Shown one piece after another: positions 19,461 to 28,046 of a stretch of 64,000 bases of DNA. The stretch's first letter is position 1. The number at the start of each line of letters is the position of its first letter. The DNA comes from a bacterium (GTDB lineage Bacteria > DRYD01): positions 128,001 through 192,000 of the forward strand of contig JBCNVB010000013.1 in assembly GCA_039630415.1 (NCBI GenBank). Reading direction: 5' to 3'. Under the pieces are notes generated by a model that was not told the origin of the DNA, made no database searches, and worked only from the letters and a program-made list of their open reading frames with translations. A program made the position numbers and the translations under genes.

Positions 19461-20375
19461 CTACAAAAATTTCAGATCTGCTATATTGAGAATTTTTTGA
19501 TTCATTACTTCTTGAGGCAAAAGTTCTGCACAAAAATCATCTGATAAATAAATTTTTCCATGATAGAATTTTCTGACATATTCTATAAACTCTATTAATT
19601 TTTCCCTATCTTCAAGTAGGGTGGTGTTCGTATTTATTACTCCCAAAATTAGGTTTTGGAATTTATTTAGGTTAATTTGCTCAACTTGTTTTATAGGATT
19701 TTTATAGAAATTTAAACCTATTCCATCAACTTCAAGTTTTTCTAGATCCTTATAGTTTTGTATTTTATTTTTGAAAAGTACAAACTTGGTTGATTTAAGT
19801 GATTGTAATCTTCTACATAGATCTACTATTGGTTTTATTTTTGTTACTGGAGTGTACTCTATGAAAGCTAAAATCAAGCTTTTTTGAGATATTTTGATCC
19901 ACTCTTGTTCTAATTTTTGAGCTATATGTGATATTAATTCTATACTTGTTTCTGTTTTTAAGTTAGAATATTTTCTAAGAGTCAAGGGAGCTGGTAAAGA
20001 AACTAGGTAGTTAAATTGACCCATTTTTCCTATATCCAAGTACTCTTCCAAGTAGATTGAAAAGTTTGAGGGGTTAATATCCAATTTCTTGATATGAATT
20101 TTCCTCCAGAACATATTGGTTTCTTCAAATCTTACCAGTGATTCGGCACGGCAATTATCTATAAAACTACACAGTGGTCTTAACAAATCTTGATACTTGA
20201 ATAACCCATTAGAGTAAAATTCACATTCGGCTTTTTTTTGAAGTTCTATAAGATTATCTAACTCCAGATTGTATAGACTTTTCAACTCTTTTAGGGATAT
20301 TCTGTTTCTATCAAAATCTCTTGTAGCTTGTATAAGTTTTTCTGATCTAGGATAGCTACCTGCTAAAATAATCAT
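19461..20375 (-). CDS. Stand-alone N-terminal (non-catalytic) half of cobalamin-independent methionine synthase (split-MetE-like)
   Basis: GSYPRS...ATRDFDRNRIS, LQ...SNGLFKYQDLLRP, RFEETNMFWR, LPAPLT, LILGVIN..TTLLE; no H-x-C zinc-ligand motif seen. Confidence 0.65.
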   Translation of the reverse strand: MIILAGSYPRSEKLIQATRDFDRNRISLKELKSLYNLELDNLIELQKKAECEFYSNGLFKYQDLLRPLCSFIDNCRAESLVRFEETNMFWRKIHIKKLDINPSNFSIYLEEYLDIGKMGQFNYLVSLPAPLTLRKYSNLKTETSIELISHIAQKLEQEWIKISQKSLILAFIEYTPVTKIKPIVDLCRRLQSLKSTKFVLFKNKIQNYKDLEKLEVDGIGLNFYKNPIKQVEQINLNKFQNLILGVINTNTTLLEDREKLIEFIEYVRKFYHGKIYLSDDFCAELLPQEVMNQKILNIADLKFL

Positions 20376-21046
20376 GGCTGGTTATAAAGTATTATCGTGT
20401 ATTCTCCTTTTTCAGGTAATTGATCCTCTTTTAATTCCTTAAGTTTAGAGAATATTACCTTTTGATTAACTTTTGTAAGTTCATGTAAAATTAGTATTGA
20501 TCTATTTGGGAATATTTGCTTCATATTATTGAGAGTTTTTTTTATTCTGTGGCAAGATTCAAAGAATACAATACTTTTAACATAATTAGGGCAAGAGGAT
20601 AAAATTTCGATGTATTTATTTTTCTTATCCAAAAAACCAAGAAAAAGAAAGGGGGTGTGGGGCAGGGGACTTAGTGACATAGCTGAACACAGAGAACTAA
20701 CACCGGGTACTAATTCTACTTCTATTCCATTCTCTATTGCATACTTTACTAAATTTATTGGAGGATCCTCGATATTTGGGGTCCCTGCTCCACTCATAAA
20801 TCCAATCTTTTCATACCTACCAATTAGTGAAAGTATTTTACTCTGTCTTTTGTACCAATCACTCTCATGATATGATAGGATTTTTTTGTTTATCTTATAA
20901 TAGTTCAGTAGTTTTAGGGTTCTTGAGATTTTCTCAGCCAGAAATACATCTACTTCATTAGCTTTTTCTAGAAAGTTGAGTGTTACATCTTTTAGGTTAC
21001 CTATTGGTGTCGAGAAAAGAATCAATTTCTTCAGGAATACCACCAC
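20372..21046 (-). CDS. rsmI: 16S rRNA C1402 2'-O-methyltransferase RsmI
   Basis: STPIGNLKDVT, SGAGTPNIEDP, VPGVSS, FLGFL, FFESCHRI, ELTK, KGEY. Confidence 0.9.
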   Translation of the reverse strand: MVVFLKKLILFSTPIGNLKDVTLNFLEKANEVDVFLAEKISRTLKLLNYYKINKKILSYHESDWYKRQSKILSLIGRYEKIGFMSGAGTPNIEDPPINLVKYAIENGIEVELVPGVSSLCSAMSLSPLPHTPFLFLGFLDKKNKYIEILSSCPNYVKSIVFFESCHRIKKTLNNMKQIFPNRSILILHELTKVNQKVIFSKLKELKEDQLPEKGEYTIILYNQP

Positions 21047-21354
21047 CAGTGCTCCTTAGGATACTTAGTTTGATAGTGTGATAAATTAACAAATCTTTTT
21101 ATTTCTGGTATTAGATGCGTTAGTTCTTCGTCTGCCATAATTAAAGAAGAAATTAATTTTTGAAAATCTTGATATATACTGAATGGTATGATTTCTTTGT
21201 TTTGTTCGAAATAGTCTATTAAGTCTTGAATTTCACTTCTATACTGCAAGAATAGTGGAGCGTTGTATCTGTTTATCTTTTTTTCTTGTACCATTTTTTG
21301 GTAATCATCCAGGTACTCTTGCAATAGATCTAGAATTTCTATGTATGCTTGCAT
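21031..21354 (-). CDS. Hypothetical protein
   Basis: 107-aa ORF packed between flotillin and rsmI; ends PKEHWWWYS. Confidence 0.7.
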   Translation of the reverse strand: MQAYIEILDLLQEYLDDYQKMVQEKKINRYNAPLFLQYRSEIQDLIDYFEQNKEIIPFSIYQDFQKLISSLIMADEELTHLIPEIKRFVNLSHYQTKYPKEHWWWYS

Positions 21355-21357
21355 TTT

Positions 21358-23208
21358 TTATTGATTTGTTGATTGTTTTTGTTGTGGTTGTGGTGATAGT
21401 CCTTTAATTAGTTCGATAATGTCTACACCAGTGATATTTTTCAGTACTTCTGGTACGGTTGCTACTGTTCCGGCTATATCTCTGGTTAGGTTGGAGAATC
21501 CTGCGCCATTACCTCCACCTATCATTATAACTTTTTCTACTTTATTAAGTGGATTAGATACTTTTTCTGCTACTTCTGGTAGTTTTTCTATCATGAGTTC
21601 TGCTATAGCGGCATTGTTATACATTCTCCAAGCTTCTGCTTTTTTCATCATAGCTTTAGCTATAGCCATACCTTGTGCTTCTGTGATTTCTGCTTCTGCT
21701 ATTCCTTTAGCTTTTATTGCTTCAGCTTCTGCTTGACCACTAAGTTTTATTTTTTCTGCTTCTGCTTGAGCTAGGGCTATTTGCCTCATTTTTTCTGCTT
21801 CTGCTAGTTGTTCGATTTTGAATCTTTCTGCTTCTGCAGGTTTTTTAACAGTTGCTTCTAGTTCTTTTTCTTTTCTTTGTGTTTCTAGGACTTGGAGTTC
21901 TATTTGTTTTTCTTTTTCGGTTAGGTAGTAAGCCATATCAGCTTCTGCGCGTTTTGATTCTGCTTTTCTTCTTTCTTCAGATACTTTCATGTCAGCTTCT
22001 ATTTGAGCTATTCTTTTTCTTTGATCAGCTTCGGCTTCTTTTTCAGCTGCTTGTGCTTCTGCTTCTGCCGCTGCTTTTCTGGCTTCAGCCATTTGTTGTG
22101 CTTCTTTTGATTTAGCTTCTGCGTCTTGTTGAGCTGTATATATTCTCTTTTCTTTTTCTGTTTCAGCTTGTCTTTTAGCTATTTCTAGAGATTGTTCGAG
22201 TTCATAGTTTTTAGCTACCTTTTCTAGTTCTGCTTGTTTCATTCTTGCTTGTGTTTCTTGTTCTTTTATTTGAGGAGCGACTCTGAATTCTATTGCTTTT
22301 TCTGGATCTCCTATATCTTTGATTGCAAATGTATCTAGTATTAAGCCCATTTTGAAGAAGTCATCTTTTATTGCCTCTTCAACTTTCTTTACTATTTCTT
22401 CTCTTTTGTGAAGTAATTCTTCGAGATTTACTGCAGCTATTACTTCTCTAGTTTTACCTTCCAGAATTTCTCTGATACTGGATACTACACTATCTGATCT
22501 TTGATTAAGGAATCTTTCACCTGCTTTTTCTAGTTCGTTAAGATTAAATTTTACTGCTGCTGTAGCGCTTACGCTTACTGGTATTTTATCTGCGGTTAAA
22601 ATTTTGGTTGTTGTTACATCTATTATTAAGCTTGTAAGAGCTAGTTTTATTGAACCGATTGGATCGAGGATGTCTTTGATAGTGAATGCATCTATTTTCA
22701 AACCTAGGGTAGCTAGGTCTTTAGCTGCTGATTTATTTACTTCTTGAATGAAGGTATCTCTGTCGTGGAGAAGTTGTTGTAATCTAGTTCTAGCTACTAC
22801 TTCTCTAGTATGTCCTTCTAGAATTTCTTTTATATTTTTGTCTATTTCTTGGTCTGTTTTACCAAGGAATCTTTCTGCTGCGTTAAGTATGTTAGCCATG
22901 CTTTCTGAGTTTATTTTGACGGTTGCGACTGCTTCTACTGATAGTGGAACTTTGTCTAATGTAAGTATTTGTGGGCTTCTTATGTCGATAATTCTTGCTT
23001 CAAGTGAGAGTTCTTGGGCTATTTGAACTAAAGGAAGTACTATAGCACCTCCTCCAACTACTACTTTTCTTCCTCCCATTCCTGTTATTATTAGTGCTTT
23101 GTTAGGTGGAACTTTTCTGTACAGTGTAACGATGAAATAAGCTAGCATCATTATAACTGCAAAAACTACAAGGATACCTACTATAAGGAAAATGTTTCCG
23201 AATTCCAT
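21358..23208 (-). CDS. Flotillin (FloT-like) with two tandem SPFH domains
   Basis: TM helix, YRKVPPNKALIITG, AAERFL, ILEGHTRE, EA-rich coiled coil, KKAEAW..YNNAA C-terminus. Confidence 0.92.
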   Translation of the reverse strand: MEFGNIFLIVGILVVFAVIMMLAYFIVTLYRKVPPNKALIITGMGGRKVVVGGGAIVLPLVQIAQELSLEARIIDIRSPQILTLDKVPLSVEAVATVKINSESMANILNAAERFLGKTDQEIDKNIKEILEGHTREVVARTRLQQLLHDRDTFIQEVNKSAAKDLATLGLKIDAFTIKDILDPIGSIKLALTSLIIDVTTTKILTADKIPVSVSATAAVKFNLNELEKAGERFLNQRSDSVVSSIREILEGKTREVIAAVNLEELLHKREEIVKKVEEAIKDDFFKMGLILDTFAIKDIGDPEKAIEFRVAPQIKEQETQARMKQAELEKVAKNYELEQSLEIAKRQAETEKEKRIYTAQQDAEAKSKEAQQMAEARKAAAEAEAQAAEKEAEADQRKRIAQIEADMKVSEERRKAESKRAEADMAYYLTEKEKQIELQVLETQRKEKELEATVKKPAEAERFKIEQLAEAEKMRQIALAQAEAEKIKLSGQAEAEAIKAKGIAEAEITEAQGMAIAKAMMKKAEAWRMYNNAAIAELMIEKLPEVAEKVSNPLNKVEKVIMIGGGNGAGFSNLTRDIAGTVATVPEVLKNITGVDIIELIKGLSPQPQQKQSTNQ

Positions 23209-23264
23209 GAATATATCACCCCCTTATTTGTTCGTTACTTTATATGGTACTCTGGTTGTTTCGT

Positions 23265-23801
23265 TTATACTTTGGTTACTTCTTGAGCATCCCAGTTGGG
23301 TGGGCATGCTTGTCCTGGATTATCATATACATATTTGCAAGCTTTCAGAGTTCTAAGAATTTCTCTGGTATTTCTTCCTATCAGGAAATCATTAACACAC
23401 ATATGGACGACAGTCCCTTCGGGATTGACTATGATTGTTCCTCTTCTTGTTAAGCCAACGTTTTCATCATATGTTCCCATCATAGATGTTAGATTGTGTG
23501 TAGAATCTGATATCATTGGGAATTGAACATTTTTTAGTGCTTCTGTTGATTCTTTCCAAGCTTTGAGAGTGTAAACTGTATCTGTACTTATTGACATTAC
23601 TTCACAATTTAGTTTTTTAAATTCGTCGTATATTTTGGATATTTCGACTAATTCTTCTTGGCATACACCTGTAAATGCTGCTGGGTGTGATATTAGTACT
23701 ATCCATTTACCTTTGTATTCTTCCAGGTTTAGTTCTTTTATTTCTCCATTGTGGTAGCATTTTACTTTACAGTATGGAAACTTTTGACCTACTTTTAGCA
23801 T
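23265..23801 (-). CDS. ahpC: 2-Cys peroxiredoxin (AhpC/Prx1)
   Basis: PxxxTxxC as PAAFTGVC, ISTDT, IGRNTREILR, resolving ACPPNW; AGGAGGT RBS. Confidence 0.9.
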   Translation of the reverse strand: MLKVGQKFPYCKVKCYHNGEIKELNLEEYKGKWIVLISHPAAFTGVCQEELVEISKIYDEFKKLNCEVMSISTDTVYTLKAWKESTEALKNVQFPMISDSTHNLTSMMGTYDENVGLTRRGTIIVNPEGTVVHMCVNDFLIGRNTREILRTLKACKYVYDNPGQACPPNWDAQEVTKV

Positions 23802-23857
23802 TTTTTGCTTACCTCCTTCTGTGTTTATAGTTAATAGTCTGTTGATAAAGAACTGAC

Positions 23858-23874
23858 AATATAATTGTTATATT
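23858..23874. promoter_or_regulatory. Candidate PerR/Fur-family operator upstream of ahpC
   Basis: Perfect 7-3-7 inverted repeat AATATAA-TTG-TTATATT; 11/14 match to Per box TTATAATNATTATAA. Confidence 0.4.
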
Positions 23875-23944
23875 AATTTACTCTATAACCTCTATTTGAT
23901 ATCTTTATTTTTATTGATAAAATTCAATGGAATTAAGGTGTATT

Positions 23945-25255
23945 TTATTCCTGTATCTTATATACAAAAGGTATCCATGAAGTGTTATTATAAGCTGAAC
24001 CGGTTAAGAAAATTGAGGTGCCATCTACAACAAAATCATACACTTCAGTATGACTTTGAGGATCATTATTATTATTTGACAGGTCTATTAGGTATGGTGT
24101 AGATTGAACTTGAAGGTTTGAAGGATTTAATTTTAATAAAAATCCATCTTTTTGATTATTAGATCTTACAAAATGTCCTGCTATGTAGATTGTATTATTT
24201 GCAAAGTATATAGAGGTTGGGGTTATATCTTTGTCACCAGTTATGACCAAACTGAAGTGATTATGTGTCCAATTGTTAGATGACAAATCCAACTTTGCAA
24301 CATACATATCATCGTGGTTTGTACTTGTATTTTTGTACATTCCGACAGCAAATAGGTTATTATTATCTACATACAAAGATTCTATTGAAGAGTTTCCCAT
24401 ATTAGGAATGCTTAGTATATCATCGATAATAAAAGTATTTCTGTTGTTTGGATTTGATTTATTAACTTGTATAATGAATGATTTGTACTTAGAAGTTGAT
24501 TTACTTAATCCTCCAAGAAATATATTTGATGAATTTACTCTTACTACCTTAATTTCATCTGTTTCATTACCTCCTGCAATATTGGAGAAGGTATCAATAT
24601 ATTGTTGAACACCTGAATTATTTAGTTTTATTAAAAAACCATCAAAGTTATTACCATTCCATGATCTTCCTACTATGTATATTTCTGTTGAGTCTACAAA
24701 TATTGAGGTACTGGAATCTTCATCATTGCCTCCTGCAATGTTAGAGGAGAGAAAACCATAATCGTTATTATTATCACCATCTAGATCTCTTGGAAGATTA
24801 CTCCCAAAATTTGGTAAAAAATTAAGATTGGTATCTATTTTTAGTACGAAAGCATCTAGGTTATTTATTGTTCCACTGTTTCCTGTAAGATATAGATCTG
24901 TTGAGTCATTATTAATATCAAAACAGTAATCAAGGGAACTATTACTTTGGATGTTGTCAAAATTTTTTAAAGTTGAGTTTGCTGATGAGATATCTAAACT
25001 ATCTAGTTTTATTACAAATACATTTGCATTTGCATTTGTTGTATATCCTGCTGAAAAGATATTGTTTCATATTTTTGTGATAGATCTTGCAAAGCCAGAA
25101 AGATTATTAAAATTTCTGACTGATGTTGATGCTCCTGCAGTACTGGTTGGAACGGTATTGCCTCCTCCTTTACTTCCACATGATAAAAGATACCCTATCA
25201 TTATTAGTACTACGGAAATGATCAGCAATGATATTTTTATCTTTTTATATTCCAT
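23945..25255 (-). pseudogene. Beta-propeller repeat lipoprotein with one in-frame TGA at 25067-25069
   Basis: Manual translation shows ORFs 25067..25255 and 23945..24400 share one frame that is open throughout except for that TGA; lipobox LLSC; repeated S-I-x-V-D-x-x-x-I-Y-I-x-G...D-G-F-L-x-K-L blades. Confidence 0.85.
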
Positions 25256-25332
25256 GTTATCACCTCCTAATATGGTTCCGAAATAAGTTTGATTAAATTA
25301 TGATAATTATCCTTCTTTCTTAATTTCATATA

Positions 25333-25363
25333 TTGACATAGATCAATAAAAATTGGGGATATT
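25333..25363 (+). promoter_or_regulatory. Possible promoter for the 5S rRNA
   Basis: Perfect TTGACA at 25333-25338; only a weak -10 (GATATT at 25358-25363, 19-nt spacer). Confidence 0.3.
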
Positions 25364-25404
25364 TTAAAAAGGTTTGGGTGGTGTGGTTATAGAAAAGATA
25401 TTAT

Positions 25405-25524
25405 TGGCTGGTGCCCATAGCGGTGGGGAAACACCCGGTTCCATTCCGAACCCGGAAGTTAAGCCCACCAGCGCCGATGGTACTAATGGGGCGACCCAGT
25501 GGGAGAGTAGGTCGGTGCCAGCCA
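25405..25524 (+). rRNA. rrf: 5S ribosomal RNA (stand-alone)
   Basis: TGGCTGGTGCC...GGTGCCAGCCA terminal helix; conserved CCATTCCGAACCCGGAAGTTAAGC, GCCGATGGTACT, GGGAGAGTAGG. Confidence 0.97.
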
Positions 25525-25557
25525 TCTCCTCAATCCCACAAAATCCCTCTATAAAAC

Positions 25558-26094
25558 ATGATATTCCTCTGCACACCCATCTACGAAGTCGGATGGATTG
25601 CTGTTTGGATAACTTCTATCATCTACTCACTAACTTATCCTTTATTTTACAAAATCTTCAAAGAATATAAAGAACGGAATAAAATTTCTAAAGAAGCATT
25701 TGAAAGAGTAGAGAAAGAGAGATGGTTTTGTTTTACTGTTTTGGCTATCTTTCCTCTTGCTGCACCTACTTGTGCAACTATACTTATAGTACCTGTAATA
25801 GCTCTACTTACATTCCCTCTGTACTTTACTTTTAGTTTTATCTACACTATTCTATACAGCTCCGCTGAAAAATTTGAAAGAAAATTACTAGCTATCTACT
25901 ACGGTATACCAATGCTTGTATTAATATCATTGGGGATAACTTTCAAGGTAAATCTTTATGGGAGTTTATCAGAATTTTTAGTATATTATGCTACCGAACA
26001 TTTAAGACCCTATCTAATAACCTTTATCCTCTGCCTTGCATTTTTTGTTGTATATCTTTTGATATTCGACAAGCAAATGGATCAGAGTAAGTAG
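25558..26094 (+). CDS. Hypothetical membrane protein
   Basis: 178 aa, about 4-5 hydrophobic segments. Confidence 0.65.
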   Translation: MIFLCTPIYEVGWIAVWITSIIYSLTYPLFYKIFKEYKERNKISKEAFERVEKERWFCFTVLAIFPLAAPTCATILIVPVIALLTFPLYFTFSFIYTILYSSAEKFERKLLAIYYGIPMLVLISLGITFKVNLYGSLSEFLVYYATEHLRPYLITFILCLAFFVVYLLIFDKQMDQSK

Positions 26095-26096
26095 TT

Positions 26097-26687
26097 ATGT
26101 TGATGAAAAATCTTGTATTTGCTTTAGTCTTGTCGATTTTGGTTTATGTCTTTATTGATTTATTTTATACTGATTTACCACCCTATTCTATAGAGCTCGC
26201 TTTAGTTAGGACGTACATATATTTCAATGAACCTACGAAAGTGGAAATATACTCTTTTTTGAAATATCAAAAAAAAGGAGGATGGATTTTAGTACCTAGG
26301 GGAATATATCTAAGCTTTCCACTTGCTCAATCAAATATAAAACAAATTCTTAAACTTAATTATGAAGGTTTTGAAGTTTTACACACGAATGCTAGCTATA
26401 ATGGTTTGCAGGATATGATAGGATTTATAAACTATAAGAAATTTCAAGAGAACTGCCTAATATATTTACAAGAGAAGTTGCAAACACCAAATAAATATAT
26501 TCACTACTTTGATTTACCTTATTTTTGGTCTAATAGAGCTTATGTAGAAAATAATTTAATCATCAGAAAAAGGGAAAACTTAGTCATAATGAATATTCTC
26601 CCTGATAAAGTAAGAGAGAACCAAAATTACAGGATAATATCGATTAAAAATACAAAAAAGGAGAAATTGTCTGTTACAATTTTTTAG
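26097..26687 (+). CDS. Hypothetical protein with N-terminal TM/signal segment
   Basis: 196-aa ORF with hydrophobic N-terminus, 2 nt after the previous gene. Confidence 0.65.
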   Translation: MLMKNLVFALVLSILVYVFIDLFYTDLPPYSIELALVRTYIYFNEPTKVEIYSFLKYQKKGGWILVPRGIYLSFPLAQSNIKQILKLNYEGFEVLHTNASYNGLQDMIGFINYKKFQENCLIYLQEKLQTPNKYIHYFDLPYFWSNRAYVENNLIIRKRENLVIMNILPDKVRENQNYRIISIKNTKKEKLSVTIF

Positions 26688-26776
26688 ACTTAGAGTTAGT
26701 TTTAGACTTAGTTCTTAATTAGCTATAGTTTTTTGAAGAGGAAATTTTTGTTGAAGGTATAACTTTAAATACTAAC

Positions 26777-28033
26777 ATGGAAAGGAAATTATCCTATTTT
26801 TTTGCAATAATAATAGCACTTCTTAGTTTATACTTTGTGTTTCATTTGTTTTATCCGCTTACAAAAGGTTCTGTAGTACCTATAAAACTTGGTTTAGATC
26901 TCAGGTACGGAATCCATATTATGTTGGAAATGTATGATCCTTCCAAGAAAATTCTGACAGAAGGTGAAATGAGACAGATAATAGGTATACTGGAAAGAAG
27001 GCTAAACCCTACAGGTACCTATGAAATAATCATACAGCAGGCTGGGAATAACAGAGTTATCGTAGAAATTCCGGAAATAACCGATACTTCACAAGCTCTG
27101 GAAAGAGTAACAAAAATAGGGAAACTGGAATTCAAAGTAGATGAATACGATCCTAACACCGGTTTAATTACTAAAAAAACTGTTCTTACGGGAGATAGAA
27201 TAATAAAAGCGACAGTAGAGTATGATCCTAATACCCATTATCCTCATGTTGCCTTTACTCTAGATTCGGAGGGAGCTAAAATATTTGAGCAAGTTACAAG
27301 AGAATATTTACAAAAACCTGTATACATTTATTTTGACAATAAAGAGATTTCAGCCCCGGTAGTACAAAGTGTAATTACTGGTGGAAGTGGAATTATTACT
27401 TTGGGCTCTAAAAGTAAAGAAGAAGCTCTCAAAGAAGCTCGTGAGTTAGCCATATATCTTAATGCTGGAAAATTGGATTATCCTCCAAAGGTATTAGAAG
27501 CCTACACTATAGGTCCCACTTTGGGTGAAAAACACCTTAAAAAAAGCTTGCAAGCGGGAATAATAGCTCTCTTGGCTGTTGCCATATTCATGATAGTATT
27601 TTACAGAATACCTGGTTTTGTTGCAGTAATAGCTCTAGTTTTCTATGGCTTACTTTTCTTATGGATAATATCGGTCAGCAGTACAGTACTTACTTTGGGA
27701 TCAATAGCTGGAATTATACTATCAATAGGTATGGCGGTTGATGCAAATATACTGATATTTGAAAGACTAAAAGAGGAGATAAGATCAGGTAAACCCATAA
27801 ATACTTCTCTAGACTTAGCTTTTGCTAGGTCTTTTGATACCATTCTAGATAGTCATTTAACAACCATAATAGCTGCATTGATTCTGATGATATTTGGAAC
27901 TTCGACAATTCAAGGATTTGGTTTTGCTCTTTTGTGGGGAAATGTAGTTAGCTTTTTTACTGCTATATATGTAACAAAGACGGTTATGTACTTCCTGTTT
28001 TATCATAATCCAGAGTGGGTTAAATTAGTATGA
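26777..28033 (+). CDS. secD: Protein translocase subunit SecD
   Basis: LGLDLRYG, RVIVEIP, ISAPVVQS, IGPTLG, GMAVDANILIFERLKEE. Confidence 0.95.
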   Translation: MERKLSYFFAIIIALLSLYFVFHLFYPLTKGSVVPIKLGLDLRYGIHIMLEMYDPSKKILTEGEMRQIIGILERRLNPTGTYEIIIQQAGNNRVIVEIPEITDTSQALERVTKIGKLEFKVDEYDPNTGLITKKTVLTGDRIIKATVEYDPNTHYPHVAFTLDSEGAKIFEQVTREYLQKPVYIYFDNKEISAPVVQSVITGGSGIITLGSKSKEEALKEARELAIYLNAGKLDYPPKVLEAYTIGPTLGEKHLKKSLQAGIIALLAVAIFMIVFYRIPGFVAVIALVFYGLLFLWIISVSSTVLTLGSIAGIILSIGMAVDANILIFERLKEEIRSGKPINTSLDLAFARSFDTILDSHLTTIIAALILMIFGTSTIQGFGFALLWGNVVSFFTAIYVTKTVMYFLFYHNPEWVKLV

Positions 28034-28046
28034 GAAAAATTATACC

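Noticed and set aside
21600..22260. GCTTCT-rich DNA repeats
   Set aside because: Explained by the Glu-Ala-rich coiled coil normal for flotillins
25067..25069. TGA recoded genome-wide (code 4/25) or read as selenocysteine
   Set aside because: Conserved genes (secD, the oxidoreductase alpha subunit, ispG) end at TGA at expected lengths and no other gene is interrupted by TGA; the site is a propeller turn, not a redox motif, and I see no SECIS-like hairpin
25364..25670. ORFs 25364..25576 (-) and 25374..25670 (+)
   Set aside because: They overlap the 5S rRNA and are spurious translations of it
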